Of a DNA stretch of 64,000 bases, positions 1 to 10,234 are shown in pieces; the stretch's first letter is position 1; each line of letters opens with the position of its first letter. The notes under the pieces are model-generated. The model was not told the DNA's origin and did no database searches. It saw only the letters and a list, made by a program, of their open reading frames with translations. The DNA comes from Verrucomicrobiia bacterium (GTDB taxonomy: Bacteria; Verrucomicrobiota; Verrucomicrobiia; Limisphaerales; UBA1319), in the NCBI GenBank assembly GCA_963664225.1, contig OY760937.1:96001-160000 (forward strand), read 5' to 3'. The translations under genes and the position numbers were made by a program.

Positions 1-21
1 ATGCAACGTATGATCCCCGGA

Positions 22-120
22 GAGCCGGATGCGGGAAAACCGCCTGTCCGGTTCGATGAGGGGCGAAATGCGACGGTCATTGGCCACGGCCATTCAATCC
101 GTCCATTTCGCCTACTCTAC
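22..120 (+). mobile_element. 3' end of a group II intron (domains V and VI)
   Basis: DV GAGCCGGATGCGGGAAAACCGCCTGTCCGGTTC with AGC triad (22-54), then GATGAGGGG, a DVI stem (GGCGAAATG...CATTTCGCC), bulged A, and an end in CTACTCTAC. The rest lies upstream of the window. Confidence 0.9.
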
Positions 121-129
121 TTAAACAGA

Positions 130-2862
130 TCAATCCGGCTGAAGCGTTTTTATTTCGCCCATGCCCAGATCCTTCAAGCTGGGTTCAATTTTTGAGCGGT
201 CACCGACAATGATCCAGACCATCTGATCAGGATGCACCACTTGGCCGACGGCGCGGCTCAGATCGTCGGTCTTCAGGTCGAGAACCGTTTGCGGATATTT
301 TATGAAGTAGTCTTCCGGCAGTCCAAAATGGACGATTTCGCCAATCGAACTTGCGACCGAGGAGCTGGTTTCCCATCGACCCGCGAGCGTGAGCGTTTCG
401 TCCTTCTGCGCCTTGGCGAGTTCTTCCGCAGACGGCAGTCGCGAGCCCACGATCTCTTTTAACTCCCGGCTTATTTCCAGGACGGCTTCCTTTGTCTTGT
501 CCGATTGAACGGGAGCGACCACAAGGAAGGGCCGTTGACCGATCGCATCCACAATCGAGGAACGCACGCCATAGGACCAATGCTTGTCCTCGCGCAGGTT
601 CATGTTCAGGCGCGAGGTGAAGCTCCCGCCGAGGATGTGATTCAAGGATTCGATGGCGGTTTCGTCCGGATTGGCGCGCGAAGGAGCGAGGTCGGCTGCG
701 ATAATGACGGATTGAGCGGCGCCGGGTCGGTCCATGATGTAAACAGCGGATTGGGCCGGGGGCGTCACAGCGGCAAGGTTCTTAATCGGGACATCGCCGG
801 GTTTCCACGAGGCGAAGATCTTTTCCAGTTTGGGTGTGATTTCCGCCAGGGTGGTGTCACCCACGACAATCAGAGTGGCGTGGTTGGGTTTGAACCATGT
901 GTCGTAGAACTTCCGGGTGTCGGCCGCGGTGAGTTTGGAAACGGACGCGGCATCGCCCGAGCCTGTGAACGGCGTGCTGTAGGCATGACCCGCGCCGTAA
1001 AGGAGCCGCGGCACCACGCGCATGGCCATGCTCCTGGGGTCGTTTTGCTCGCGCTGAATGCCATCGAGCTGTTGCTGTCTGACGCGCGCGAAATCGGCTT
1101 CGTGAAAGGCGGGATGCAACACGAGGTCGGCAAACAACTCCAGCGACGGATCCAGATTCGCCTTGAGCGCGTAGAGGGAAACGGACGAGGTATCGAGATC
1201 GGAGGACATGCCGAGCCTTGCGCCGAGCCGTTCCGCTTCGTCGCTGATTTGAAGGGCGGTCCGCTGTTCGGTGCCCTCGTCGAGGAGGTTCATGGCGAGT
1301 TTCGCCGTGCCGGGAACGGCGAACTGATCGGCGGCGTAACCGGCATCCACCTGGAGCGTGGCGTTCACCAGCGGCACCGCGTGGCGTTCCGCCAGCACCA
1401 CTTTCAAACCGTTGGAGAGTGTTGCAGTCTGCAATTTTGGAAACTCAACGGTCGGCTTGATGGTGGGCACGGGCAACTTTGACCGGTCCACAGTGGAAGT
1501 CGTGGCGCTGAACTGTGGGAACGGATGGACTTCGAGCACATAAGCGCCATCGGAAAGCCACGCCTTTGCGGTATTCTGCAAATCCTGCGCGGTCGCCTCG
1601 TTCACCCGACGGAGCGTGGTGCGATATGCGGCTGGGTCGCCCAAATAAACCTGGTTTTCCGCGAGCACGTCCGATTTCCCGCCAAAGCCGCCAATGCGTT
1701 CGACTCCCCGCACGAACCCGGCGAGCGATTGGGTCTTCACGCGCTGCAATTCATCGGCGCTCGGTCCCTCCGCAAGGAACTTTGCCAATTCCTCGTCCAC
1801 TGCTTTTTCCACCTTCTCCAGTGGCACTCCCGGCCGCGCGGTGGCAACGATATAAAAGCGGCCGCCGATTTCACTTAAATCCGCGAAGGCATTCACGCTG
1901 CTGGCAATTTGCTCGTCAAACACAAGCCTCCGGTAAAGACGGGACGATTTGCCGCCCGCGAGCACGTCCGCGCCAAGCGAGAGAAAATCACCTTCCGCGG
2001 TTCCGAATTGGGGGATGTTCCAAACTTTGTAGAGACGCGCCTGGGGCACGCGGTCCTGCGCGATTTGCCGGTGCGTGCCCGTGCGCTTCGCAATCCAGGC
2101 CTGCTGGCGCGTGACCGGCGGCCCGGACGGGATGTCGCCAAAATATTTCTCCACCTTCGCCAGCGCGTCCTGCGGATTCACATCACCCGCGACAACCAGC
2201 GTGGCGTTGGCCGCGCCATAATAGGATTTGAACCAGGTGCGCACGTCGTCCAGACTCGCGGCGCTCAAATCCTCCATCGAGCCAATGACCGTCCACGAAT
2301 ACGGGTGGCCGGGAGGATACGTGCCCTTGGTGATGAGTTCATGGGTCAGGCCGTAGGGCTGGTTTTCGCCCTGGCGCTTTTCGTTCTGCACCACACCGCG
2401 CTGCTCGTCGAGCCGTCCCTGGTCGATCACGCCCAGCAGGTGACCCATCCGGTCGGACTCCAGCCAGAGCAGATAATCGAGGGCATCCTTTGGGGCGTCC
2501 TCGAAATAGTTCGTCCGGTCTTCACTGGTGGTGCCGTTCATATCCGTGGCGCCGACTTTCTCCGTGGCCTTGAAGAAGTCGTCATTGAAGTGCTCGCTGC
2601 CGTTGAACATGAGATGCTCGAACAAATGCGCGAAGCCGGTCTTGCCGGTCCGCTCGTTCTTGGACCCAACATGATACCAGACATTGACGGCGACAATGGG
2701 CGCCTTGTGATCCTCATGCACAATGAGCGTCAGTCCATTGGTGAGGACGAACTTTTGGAATGGAATGTCAATGGCCGGAATGGCGGAACCGGCAGCCGGG
2801 GCGGCCAGGGCGGCGGCACACAGGCCGAACGTCAACACGGTGGACAAAAGGATCGATTTCAT
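130..2862 (-). CDS. M16 family zinc peptidase (pitrilysin-like), secreted
   Basis: Signal peptide, HLFEH inverted zincin motif, two M16 halves, LREDKHWSYG motif. Confidence 0.93.
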   Translation of the reverse strand: MKSILLSTVLTFGLCAAALAAPAAGSAIPAIDIPFQKFVLTNGLTLIVHEDHKAPIVAVNVWYHVGSKNERTGKTGFAHLFEHLMFNGSEHFNDDFFKATEKVGATDMNGTTSEDRTNYFEDAPKDALDYLLWLESDRMGHLLGVIDQGRLDEQRGVVQNEKRQGENQPYGLTHELITKGTYPPGHPYSWTVIGSMEDLSAASLDDVRTWFKSYYGAANATLVVAGDVNPQDALAKVEKYFGDIPSGPPVTRQQAWIAKRTGTHRQIAQDRVPQARLYKVWNIPQFGTAEGDFLSLGADVLAGGKSSRLYRRLVFDEQIASSVNAFADLSEIGGRFYIVATARPGVPLEKVEKAVDEELAKFLAEGPSADELQRVKTQSLAGFVRGVERIGGFGGKSDVLAENQVYLGDPAAYRTTLRRVNEATAQDLQNTAKAWLSDGAYVLEVHPFPQFSATTSTVDRSKLPVPTIKPTVEFPKLQTATLSNGLKVVLAERHAVPLVNATLQVDAGYAADQFAVPGTAKLAMNLLDEGTEQRTALQISDEAERLGARLGMSSDLDTSSVSLYALKANLDPSLELFADLVLHPAFHEADFARVRQQQLDGIQREQNDPRSMAMRVVPRLLYGAGHAYSTPFTGSGDAASVSKLTAADTRKFYDTWFKPNHATLIVVGDTTLAEITPKLEKIFASWKPGDVPIKNLAAVTPPAQSAVYIMDRPGAAQSVIIAADLAPSRANPDETAIESLNHILGGSFTSRLNMNLREDKHWSYGVRSSIVDAIGQRPFLVVAPVQSDKTKEAVLEISRELKEIVGSRLPSAEELAKAQKDETLTLAGRWETSSSVASSIGEIVHFGLPEDYFIKYPQTVLDLKTDDLSRAVGQVVHPDQMVWIIVGDRSKIEPSLKDLGMGEIKTLQPD

Positions 2863-2936
2863 AATGCATCACGAGTTGGATGTTTCGGCAACCTTAGACG
2901 GAACCGGCCGTGATGACAACATGTCGCTGGTGTCTT

Positions 2937-3054
2937 CGGAGCGCCGGTCTCCAGACCGGCTTAAGGTATTGTTGAATCGAACGGTATCAAGTGCGCCACG
3001 AACCCCGCACGCGGGTTCTGCCTCTGCCGCAAAGCCGATTTAAAATCAGCGCAC
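2937..3054. repeat. REP-like inverted doublet
   Basis: GGAGCGCCGGTCTCCAGACCGGC and a degenerate inverted copy GCCGATTTAAAATCAGCGCACC, with an internal hairpin near 3001-3017. Confidence 0.5.
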
Positions 3055-3080
3055 CGCCACAACTGTTTTCCACACTTCTT

Positions 3081-3097
3081 AATTTTGTCATGCACCC
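3081..3097. repeat. Solo copy of the MITE terminal inverted repeat
   Basis: AATTTTGTCATGCACCC is identical to 57136-57152. Confidence 0.7.
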
Positions 3098-3368
3098 CGC
3101 TGGAGCACGCCATGTCCAAATGCCCATTCTCTTTCACCCGAATTCCAAAAACTGAAAAGTCATTCCGCCCAGTGCGGAACGCTTGATGCTGCCGTTTTGC
3201 CATGAGAATGGAATGTCCTTCCTTACAAACTTGTAATGCTCAGGAAAGTGGCGGGCAAACCTTATCGCGCATATTGTAGCCAATAAGAGACCGGTGGGGT
3301 CGGGGACGACACGACGGCCAGCAACGAAAATATGATAACGCAAAACCAAACGCCCATCGGCTTCTCAC

Positions 3369-5552
3369 ATGAAAATTAACAGCAGAATCGCTTCGCTCTT
3401 TGGCCTGTCCGCGCTGGCGCTGGTCCTCTCCGCCGCAGGCCTTGCCACACACCAGCCGGAGCCCAGTTCGGAAGAGGCGAGCATCACCCGACTCACTTCG
3501 CGCATGCTGGAAAGCTCCCAGTTTTCCCATCACCGCCTGGACGACGACCTGGCCGCCAGGTTTCTCGATCGCTATGTGGACACGCTCGATGGCGGCCGCC
3601 TCATGTTCCTGCAAACTGACATCGACGAATTCGCGGCGTTCCGCCCGGATCTTGCGGCACTGACCCGCAACGTTGGCGACACCCAGCCCGCGCACGCCAT
3701 TTTCGCCCGCTATCTTGAGCGCCTCGGCCAGCGCGTGAGCTACATGACGAATCTGCTCCAGACCGGGACTTTCGATTTCACCGGTCACGACCAATACACG
3801 CTCGACCGCGAGCACGCTCCCCGCCCGCATGATCTGGCCGAAGCGCAACAACTTTGGAAACAAAACCTGCGCTTCGAATTTCTGCAGGAAAAGCTGGCCG
3901 ACAAAAAACCGGAGGAAATCGTCCGCACTCTCTCCCGCCGCTACACGCGCCTGCAGGAAACGATGGGGAAATTCAATCAGGACGCCGTTCTGGAATTATA
4001 TCTCACCGCGCTGGCGCATGTCTATGATCCGCACTCGGATTATCTCGGTCACGAACAGATGGAGAGCCTCTCCATCTCAATGAACCTGTCCCTGATCGGC
4101 ATCGGGGCGACTCTTCAGACGGAGGACGGTTATTGCAAAATCCGCGACATGGTGCCTGGAGGCCCGGCGGCGCGCAGCGGCCTTCTCAAGCCGGGGGATC
4201 GTATTGTGGCCGTGGCGCAGGATGGCAAGGAACCGGTGGATGTGGTGGACCTTCCGCTGCCGCAGGCGGTCGAGATGATTCGCGGCGCAAAGGGCACGAA
4301 GGTGAATCTGACGATTATTCCGTCGGGCGCGGAGGATTCGAACCGGAAAACGGTTTTGCTGGTGCGCGATGAAATCAAACTCGAAGACCAGAAAGCCAAG
4401 GCGCGCATTGTGGATCTGCCGCAAGCCCATGGCGCGACTCGCCGTCTGGGCGTCATCGATCTGCCGTCGTTTTACGCGAGCATGGACGGCCCAAAAGACG
4501 GCCGGCACGAATCCGCCACCGGGGATGTGGCGCTGCTGTTGCGCAAGCTCAAAGCCGAACATGTCGAGGGCGTCATTCTCGACTTGCGGCACAATGGCGG
4601 CGGTTCGCTCAATGAGGCCATCAGCCTCACCGGACTATTTATTCGTGAAGGTCCGGTGGTGCAAACCCGCGACCAATCGGGACATGTGGATGTGGACTCG
4701 GACGAAGATTCCTCGGTGGCTTACGACGGTCCGCTCGTGGTGCTCACCAGCCGATTCAGCGCCTCGGCTTCGGAGATTCTGGCGGGAGCGCTGCAGGATT
4801 ACGGTCGGGCGCTGACCGTCGGCGATTCATCGACCTTTGGAAAGGGCACCGTGCAAAACGTCATGTACCTTGCCCCGATTTTCGAACGCTACAGTCTTCC
4901 CCATCCCACGGACCCGGGCGCGCTCAAAGTCACCATTCGCAAATTCTACCGTCCCGACGGCGCGTCCACGCAACTGCGCGGTGTCGCGGCCGACCTCGTG
5001 CTTCCCTCGCTGACCGACGAACACGAAATTTCCGAGTCGGCCATGAAAGACCCGCTGCCGTGGGATTCCGTGCCAGCCGCGCCGCATGAGTTCCTTAATC
5101 GCGTCAAGCCGTATGTGGAAAGCCTGCGCACAAACTCTGCGGAACGCCTGCGCACCGGGGAGGATTTCGTGTGGTTGCGCGAGGACGTGGCGCAAATGCA
5201 GAAGAATCTCAATGCGAAAACAGTATCGCTCAACGAGGCCGACCGCCGGAGCGATAAAGAGAAGGACCGGCTGCGCGAAGAGACTCACAAGCGCGAACGA
5301 CTGGCCCGCCACGAAACGCAGCCTCCCACTTACGAGATCACCGTGCAAAACGCCACCGCTCCCGGTTTGACCAGGATCCAAACCGCCACCAATGCCGCGC
5401 CTGCGAATGCCGTTGCATCAGGCACCAACTCCACGGCTGGCACCGATGGATCTTCTCCCGCCAATGACATCGAGTTGCGGGAAACCGAGAACATTCTGGT
5501 CGATTACATCGGCTTGCTGGCACACCCGGCCACGATAGTCACCCAGCGCTGA
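3369..5552 (+). CDS. prc: Carboxy-terminal processing (tail-specific) protease, S41A, Prc/Tsp-like
   Basis: YDPHSDY, PDZ domain, DLRHNGGG, SASASEILAGALQDYGR, TFGKGTVQ. Confidence 0.92.
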   Translation: MKINSRIASLFGLSALALVLSAAGLATHQPEPSSEEASITRLTSRMLESSQFSHHRLDDDLAARFLDRYVDTLDGGRLMFLQTDIDEFAAFRPDLAALTRNVGDTQPAHAIFARYLERLGQRVSYMTNLLQTGTFDFTGHDQYTLDREHAPRPHDLAEAQQLWKQNLRFEFLQEKLADKKPEEIVRTLSRRYTRLQETMGKFNQDAVLELYLTALAHVYDPHSDYLGHEQMESLSISMNLSLIGIGATLQTEDGYCKIRDMVPGGPAARSGLLKPGDRIVAVAQDGKEPVDVVDLPLPQAVEMIRGAKGTKVNLTIIPSGAEDSNRKTVLLVRDEIKLEDQKAKARIVDLPQAHGATRRLGVIDLPSFYASMDGPKDGRHESATGDVALLLRKLKAEHVEGVILDLRHNGGGSLNEAISLTGLFIREGPVVQTRDQSGHVDVDSDEDSSVAYDGPLVVLTSRFSASASEILAGALQDYGRALTVGDSSTFGKGTVQNVMYLAPIFERYSLPHPTDPGALKVTIRKFYRPDGASTQLRGVAADLVLPSLTDEHEISESAMKDPLPWDSVPAAPHEFLNRVKPYVESLRTNSAERLRTGEDFVWLREDVAQMQKNLNAKTVSLNEADRRSDKEKDRLREETHKRERLARHETQPPTYEITVQNATAPGLTRIQTATNAAPANAVASGTNSTAGTDGSSPANDIELRETENILVDYIGLLAHPATIVTQR

Positions 5553-5737
5553 ACCGGGAGCTTTTACGAAAACGCGACATCACGAAAACGAAGATGGTTG
5601 GGTGGATCCACCTCCGGGCGTCTGTTGTCACAAATGCGTCCGTCGTAACGCGTTTTAGCGCCACCCCCCGGCACCATCGCATCTGCGCGCGCGTCCAGCG
5701 TAGGCAGGGTTCAGGCTGGCCGCCATGTCCGGGCGGA

Positions 5738-7957
5738 TCATTTCACGGTTCGAACTAGCACGCGGAGCCGTTTTGCCTGATAGACTCCGGCGTTTTCGGC
5801 AAACGTCCAATCCGGATTCCCTTTCGGCTGATTGCCAATGCCGATATCGGCTTTGGCGCCCATGCGCCAGTGATTCACGGCGAACAAGGTCTGGTTGGCG
5901 GCATGGTTATGCACCTGCATCGAGCCATAGCCATCCGCGGAGTCGTTGGCTTCGTCGCCCGTATCGTAGCTGGTGTCCGAAGCGCCCGGGACCTTGCTGG
6001 TGTTGGCCATTCCATAGTTGCCGGGCCAGAATTCGATGTTGCCACCATCCAGCCCGGTGCCGGTGACGAGGCTCTTGACGTTGGAATAGACGTTTAATTT
6101 GGCCACATCCTGCTGGAAGCGGGCGCCCGATTTGAAGGTCGGGATTCCAATTTTTGAAAGGTCTTTGGTGAACGCGTCCATGGATACATAGACATAATCG
6201 GTCGCGTAATCGGAACCCTGCAATTCGAGGAAGTACGCGATCCGGTCAAAGTCGGCCTTGATTTTTCCACTATTATCGACGGCATACGAAAAATCCTCGC
6301 CCACCTTGGCCAGGTCGATGTCATAGACCACCTGGTAATCCTTTGCTTCAGGCACTTTCATGCCGAGGAGATCGCGGTCTGGAACGGTGCCGGCCCGGAA
6401 TGCCCCTGCGGGCAGGCCTTCCGAGTTCATGAGGTTGGGTTCGGCCAGCATGCTCCAGGCAAACCGCATCGCCACCGGATGTTCCACGCCCGGCGCTGTC
6501 AGCACCAAAGCATCGTTCTCGATTTTCACATCCGCATGAACGAACCCGCCATCGTCGCGGTCGATCACCTCAAACCAGCTCAAGGGTTTTGAGTCGCGGG
6601 AAGCAAGTCCTCCCGCCGCATCCGAGAAAGTGATGCGCAGTTTGTTGCCCTCGATCTCCAGCGCCTTGAATTTCGGCCCGGAATAAACAACATTCTTCTG
6701 TCCATAGGTCTTCGCCAGTGCCCACAGGGCGAGGCGCCGGCCCACTTCCTGTTTATTGGCGGGATGAATGTCGCGCAAGTTGCCGATATCATTGATCACC
6801 ACCATGCCAACATTGGGGATGACGGTTTCGGCCGCGGCCTGGGCCTCCCAAAATCGCCCAATCCGTTCGGCGTCGCCTCCATAGTTGTAAGGGGCAATCT
6901 GCACAAATATGAACGGGAAATCGCCCAGGTTCCAGAGGCTGCGCCAGCCATTGACGAGGGCCTTCATGCGCTCGGTGTAAAGCATCCCTTCGTCACTGTT
7001 GGATTCGCCCTGGTACCAGATGGCGCCCCTGAAGGCAAACGGGCGCAGCGGATGGATCATCCCATTGTAAAGGGCCGTGGCTTGCTGCACGTCTCGCGGC
7101 GGCAGAAGTTCGGCGGGATACTGGGGCATGACAGGCACCGATTTGCGTTCAGTCATGGCTGATCGAGCCGCAGCCACCCAATTTTCGGTTTCCTGGATCA
7201 CCTGGCCCAGGCGTTCCTGATGCTCTGTGGTGCGCGGATCTCCCAGTTTAACCAGCATGAAGTCTCGCTGCAGGGCCGGCACGGAAGCAAAGCCTTCGGG
7301 CGGAGTCCAAGGTTCGATCCGGGTGCCGCCCCAGGAAGCGTCGATCAACCCAACCGCCACGCCCAATTTCTTGTGCAACTCGCGCCCGAAATAATACGCA
7401 GCCGCGGAAAAACCACCCCAGCCGCCTTCGGCCACCGTTTTCGGGGAACAGACCTTCCAGGTGCCCTCGATGTCGCTCTGTGGTTCCGGGGTCCAGCGCT
7501 TGGCCACCAGCATAATTCGGATGTTGGGGTAATCTGCTGCCGCCACCTCTTCCTTCGCGTCCTTGCAGGAGGCGATGCCCATTTCCATATTGGATTGTCC
7601 AGAGCAAAGCCACACTTCACCCACCATCACATTCTCAAACTCCACCGTGCTGGAGCCGGTGACCTTCACGACATACGGGCCGCCTGCCGTTATCGCGGGC
7701 AGTGTCGCCTTCCATTCCCCACGCGCGTTCGCCTGCGCCTCGGCTTTGTTGGTTCCCAGTTGCAAGTGGACCGTTTCGTTGGGCTCGGCCCAACCCCAGA
7801 AGATCAGAGGGGCCCCTTGTTGGAGAACCATGTGGCTGCCGAAAATTTTGGGTAAGCGCACCTCGGCCAACGCACTGTTTGCCAGGAACAGGAGGACGGC
7901 CGCGCAGCCAAGGCCAGTGGAAATGGGTCGCAGAATGGATCCAAATGATAATTTCAT
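5738..7957 (-). CDS. Sialate O-acetylesterase family (SGNH) protein with an extra C-terminal domain
   Basis: GEVWLCSGQSNM, WYQGESN, DIHPANK. Start moved to MKLSFG, which begins a signal peptide. Confidence 0.88.
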   Translation of the reverse strand: MKLSFGSILRPISTGLGCAAVLLFLANSALAEVRLPKIFGSHMVLQQGAPLIFWGWAEPNETVHLQLGTNKAEAQANARGEWKATLPAITAGGPYVVKVTGSSTVEFENVMVGEVWLCSGQSNMEMGIASCKDAKEEVAAADYPNIRIMLVAKRWTPEPQSDIEGTWKVCSPKTVAEGGWGGFSAAAYYFGRELHKKLGVAVGLIDASWGGTRIEPWTPPEGFASVPALQRDFMLVKLGDPRTTEHQERLGQVIQETENWVAAARSAMTERKSVPVMPQYPAELLPPRDVQQATALYNGMIHPLRPFAFRGAIWYQGESNSDEGMLYTERMKALVNGWRSLWNLGDFPFIFVQIAPYNYGGDAERIGRFWEAQAAAETVIPNVGMVVINDIGNLRDIHPANKQEVGRRLALWALAKTYGQKNVVYSGPKFKALEIEGNKLRITFSDAAGGLASRDSKPLSWFEVIDRDDGGFVHADVKIENDALVLTAPGVEHPVAMRFAWSMLAEPNLMNSEGLPAGAFRAGTVPDRDLLGMKVPEAKDYQVVYDIDLAKVGEDFSYAVDNSGKIKADFDRIAYFLELQGSDYATDYVYVSMDAFTKDLSKIGIPTFKSGARFQQDVAKLNVYSNVKSLVTGTGLDGGNIEFWPGNYGMANTSKVPGASDTSYDTGDEANDSADGYGSMQVHNHAANQTLFAVNHWRMGAKADIGIGNQPKGNPDWTFAENAGVYQAKRLRVLVRTVK

Positions 7958-8196
7958 AAATGCTAGGCCTCGAGAGTTGTGCCCCACGTCCCGGAAGTCA
8001 AGAGTTTGCATGCTCGATCCCACTTTGATGGATCTGAACCCTGAGTCCTGCGCCATGGGCTGGGAATGATGGTTCCATGGGGATGACCATAAAAACACAG
8101 GCGTTTCTCCCCTTCAATCTTAACAAGTTGGGGAATAAAGTCGGAAATAGCCTGAAACTTCAAGCTTTCGGAGCCCTTGCAAGTCGTTGTAGGAGA

Positions 8197-8273
8197 TGGT
8201 GCATCCGTCTGGAGTTGAACCAGAAACCTTCTGATCCGTAGTCAGATGCTCTATCCAATTGAGCTACGGATGC
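8197..8273 (-). tRNA. tRNA-Arg (ACG)
   Basis: Minus strand GCATCCGTAGCTCAATTGGATAGAGCATCTGACTACGGATCAGAAGGTTTCTGGTTCAACTCCAGACGGATGCACCA folds as a cloverleaf with anticodon ACG and a CCA end. Confidence 0.96.
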
Positions 8274-8463
8274 AACCGTCGAGGCGCAAATATGTCGCAC
8301 TTTTCCACCGTCGAGGCAAGCGAATTCAGAATTAAAAATGCATCTTTATCACCCGCGCGGCGGTTTGGAAGAGGTTGTCGATATGGACCGCACAGGTGCA
8401 TTTTATCGCATTTTTTTAACTCCCGGTTGACGTCTTCGCCGATCTGTCAGAGGCTGGGCGCGT

Positions 8464-9354
8464 ATGAGAACATTGCGTTTGCTTTGGTTGGTCTTCGTCT
8501 GCTCCCTCTCGTTGTATGGCCAGGGCAGTCCTGATTTCACGCGAACAGAGGATGTCATCTACGGCCGGAAATATGGAACGGCGCTTACGCTGGACGTTTT
8601 CCAACCGGCAAAGCCCAATGGGTTTGCAATCATTTTCATGGTCAGCGGCGGATGGTATTCCGACCATGATGCCATCGTTGGCGCTTATCGTCCGATGTAC
8701 CTCACGTATCTCGATCGGGGATACACTGTTTTTGCGGTGGTGCATGGTTCCCAGCCAAAGTTCACGATTAGTGAGATTGTCCCCGACATTCATCGGGCGA
8801 TCCGTTTTGTCCGGCACAACGCCGCGAAGTACGGCATAAACCCCAATAAGTTCGGCATCAGCGGGGCCAGCGCGGGTGGGCATCTATCGCTGACGATGGG
8901 AACGCAGGGCGGTCCGGGCGATCCCAATGCCAAAGACCCGGTCGATCGCGAAAGCAGTGCGGTTCAGGCGGTCGCCTGCTTCTTCCCGCCAACGGATTTT
9001 CTTAATTACGGCAAACCGGGTGAAGATGCGGTGGGAGTGGGGATACTGAAGGATTTCAAGGGCGCCTATGGCCCGCGCTCGGACAGCGCTGAAGGTCGGC
9101 AAAAGCTCGGGAAAGAGGTTTCCCCCATTTATTTTGTGAGTTCAAATCTTCCGCCCACTCTCATCATCCATGGGGATGCGGACAAATTGGTGCCCATCCA
9201 GCAGTCGGAATTATTCGTCAAACGCGCCGAGGAGTTCGGAGCCAGAGCAAGGCTCATCGTCAAACCTGGCAAGGAACACGGCTGGCCCAATATTGAAGCG
9301 GATGTTCCGCTTCTGGCCGACTGGTTCGATGAATATTTACGGGGGATCAAGTAG
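8464..9354 (+). CDS. Secreted alpha/beta hydrolase (esterase/lipase)
   Basis: Signal peptide, GASAGGHL nucleophile elbow, HGDADKLVP, C-terminal HGW. Confidence 0.9.
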   Translation: MRTLRLLWLVFVCSLSLYGQGSPDFTRTEDVIYGRKYGTALTLDVFQPAKPNGFAIIFMVSGGWYSDHDAIVGAYRPMYLTYLDRGYTVFAVVHGSQPKFTISEIVPDIHRAIRFVRHNAAKYGINPNKFGISGASAGGHLSLTMGTQGGPGDPNAKDPVDRESSAVQAVACFFPPTDFLNYGKPGEDAVGVGILKDFKGAYGPRSDSAEGRQKLGKEVSPIYFVSSNLPPTLIIHGDADKLVPIQQSELFVKRAEEFGARARLIVKPGKEHGWPNIEADVPLLADWFDEYLRGIK

Positions 9355-9567
9355 TCGGCCGGTCGAGCACGGCGAAGGTCTTGTGGTGCATCATCCTCGA
9401 AAGAGTGAAAACGCCAATATCCACCGATACCTCAAAGGCCGCATTGGTGGCATGGGATTCAACCGTGCCATTGGCCCGGAATTCCTCGGTTCAACAGTCT
9501 GGCAGAATTCGAATGGGCGCTTCTTCAAGTCTTTGAAGCAAGCAGCCTCTGAACGAACGACAAGGCC

Positions 9568-9957
9568 TTACTGCAAAGGCGTCCAAACCGAACCGTTTTC
9601 GCTGTAGAGCACGCCATCGTTGTCCTTCAACTGGCCATTCTTGCGGGTGTAGAAGCCGCCTCGATTATCGGTCCAGTGCAGTCCTTCCTTGTAAATCCGT
9701 ATCGTGGGAGCGATCTCGGCGGAAGCCATCTTTGCGCCGCTCTTTGTCCTGGGTTTTTGCAGGAGCATGATTTTGGCGTTATCGATACGATCGTAATTGG
9801 TCGTGGCCACTGGAGCATCGTAGGCGTAGGTGCCAGACGTATGGTAGGTGCGCGTTGCCGTGGAAAAGCGGTCGCCGCCCTTCAATTCGTCAAACCATTG
9901 TAAATTTGCGCAACCTGATAAAAGGACCAAACCTAAAAATATCGAACAATTCTTCAT
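9568..9957 (-). CDS. Hypothetical lipoprotein
   Basis: Lipobox LLSGC after a hydrophobic stretch; 129 aa. Confidence 0.65.
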   Translation of the reverse strand: MKNCSIFLGLVLLSGCANLQWFDELKGGDRFSTATRTYHTSGTYAYDAPVATTNYDRIDNAKIMLLQKPRTKSGAKMASAEIAPTIRIYKEGLHWTDNRGGFYTRKNGQLKDNDGVLYSENGSVWTPLQ

Positions 9958-10234
9958 AAAACCCGATTCTCACGCGACAACAAATCCCATAATTGGATTT
10001 TGATGGCGACAAAGCATTGGAACCAACCGCAGAGGCGCGCACAAGAAAATTGTCAGATTTTTTTTATGTAAGTTGCCTCAATTCATATGAAGTCAATGGG
10101 GCGTTCTGTAAATTATTCTGCCTCAATAACTCGCAATCCGAGCTTTTCCGCGAATTCAAGACGCATGGATAATTTTGCCGGAATCCCGGCAAACAATGTT
10201 ACTTTTGCGTGCTGGCGTAAACTTATTCAATGAG

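Noticed and set aside
1..195. 64-aa ORF at the window start
   Set aside because: It overlaps intron DV/DVI and the peptidase end; the RNA structure explains the sequence.
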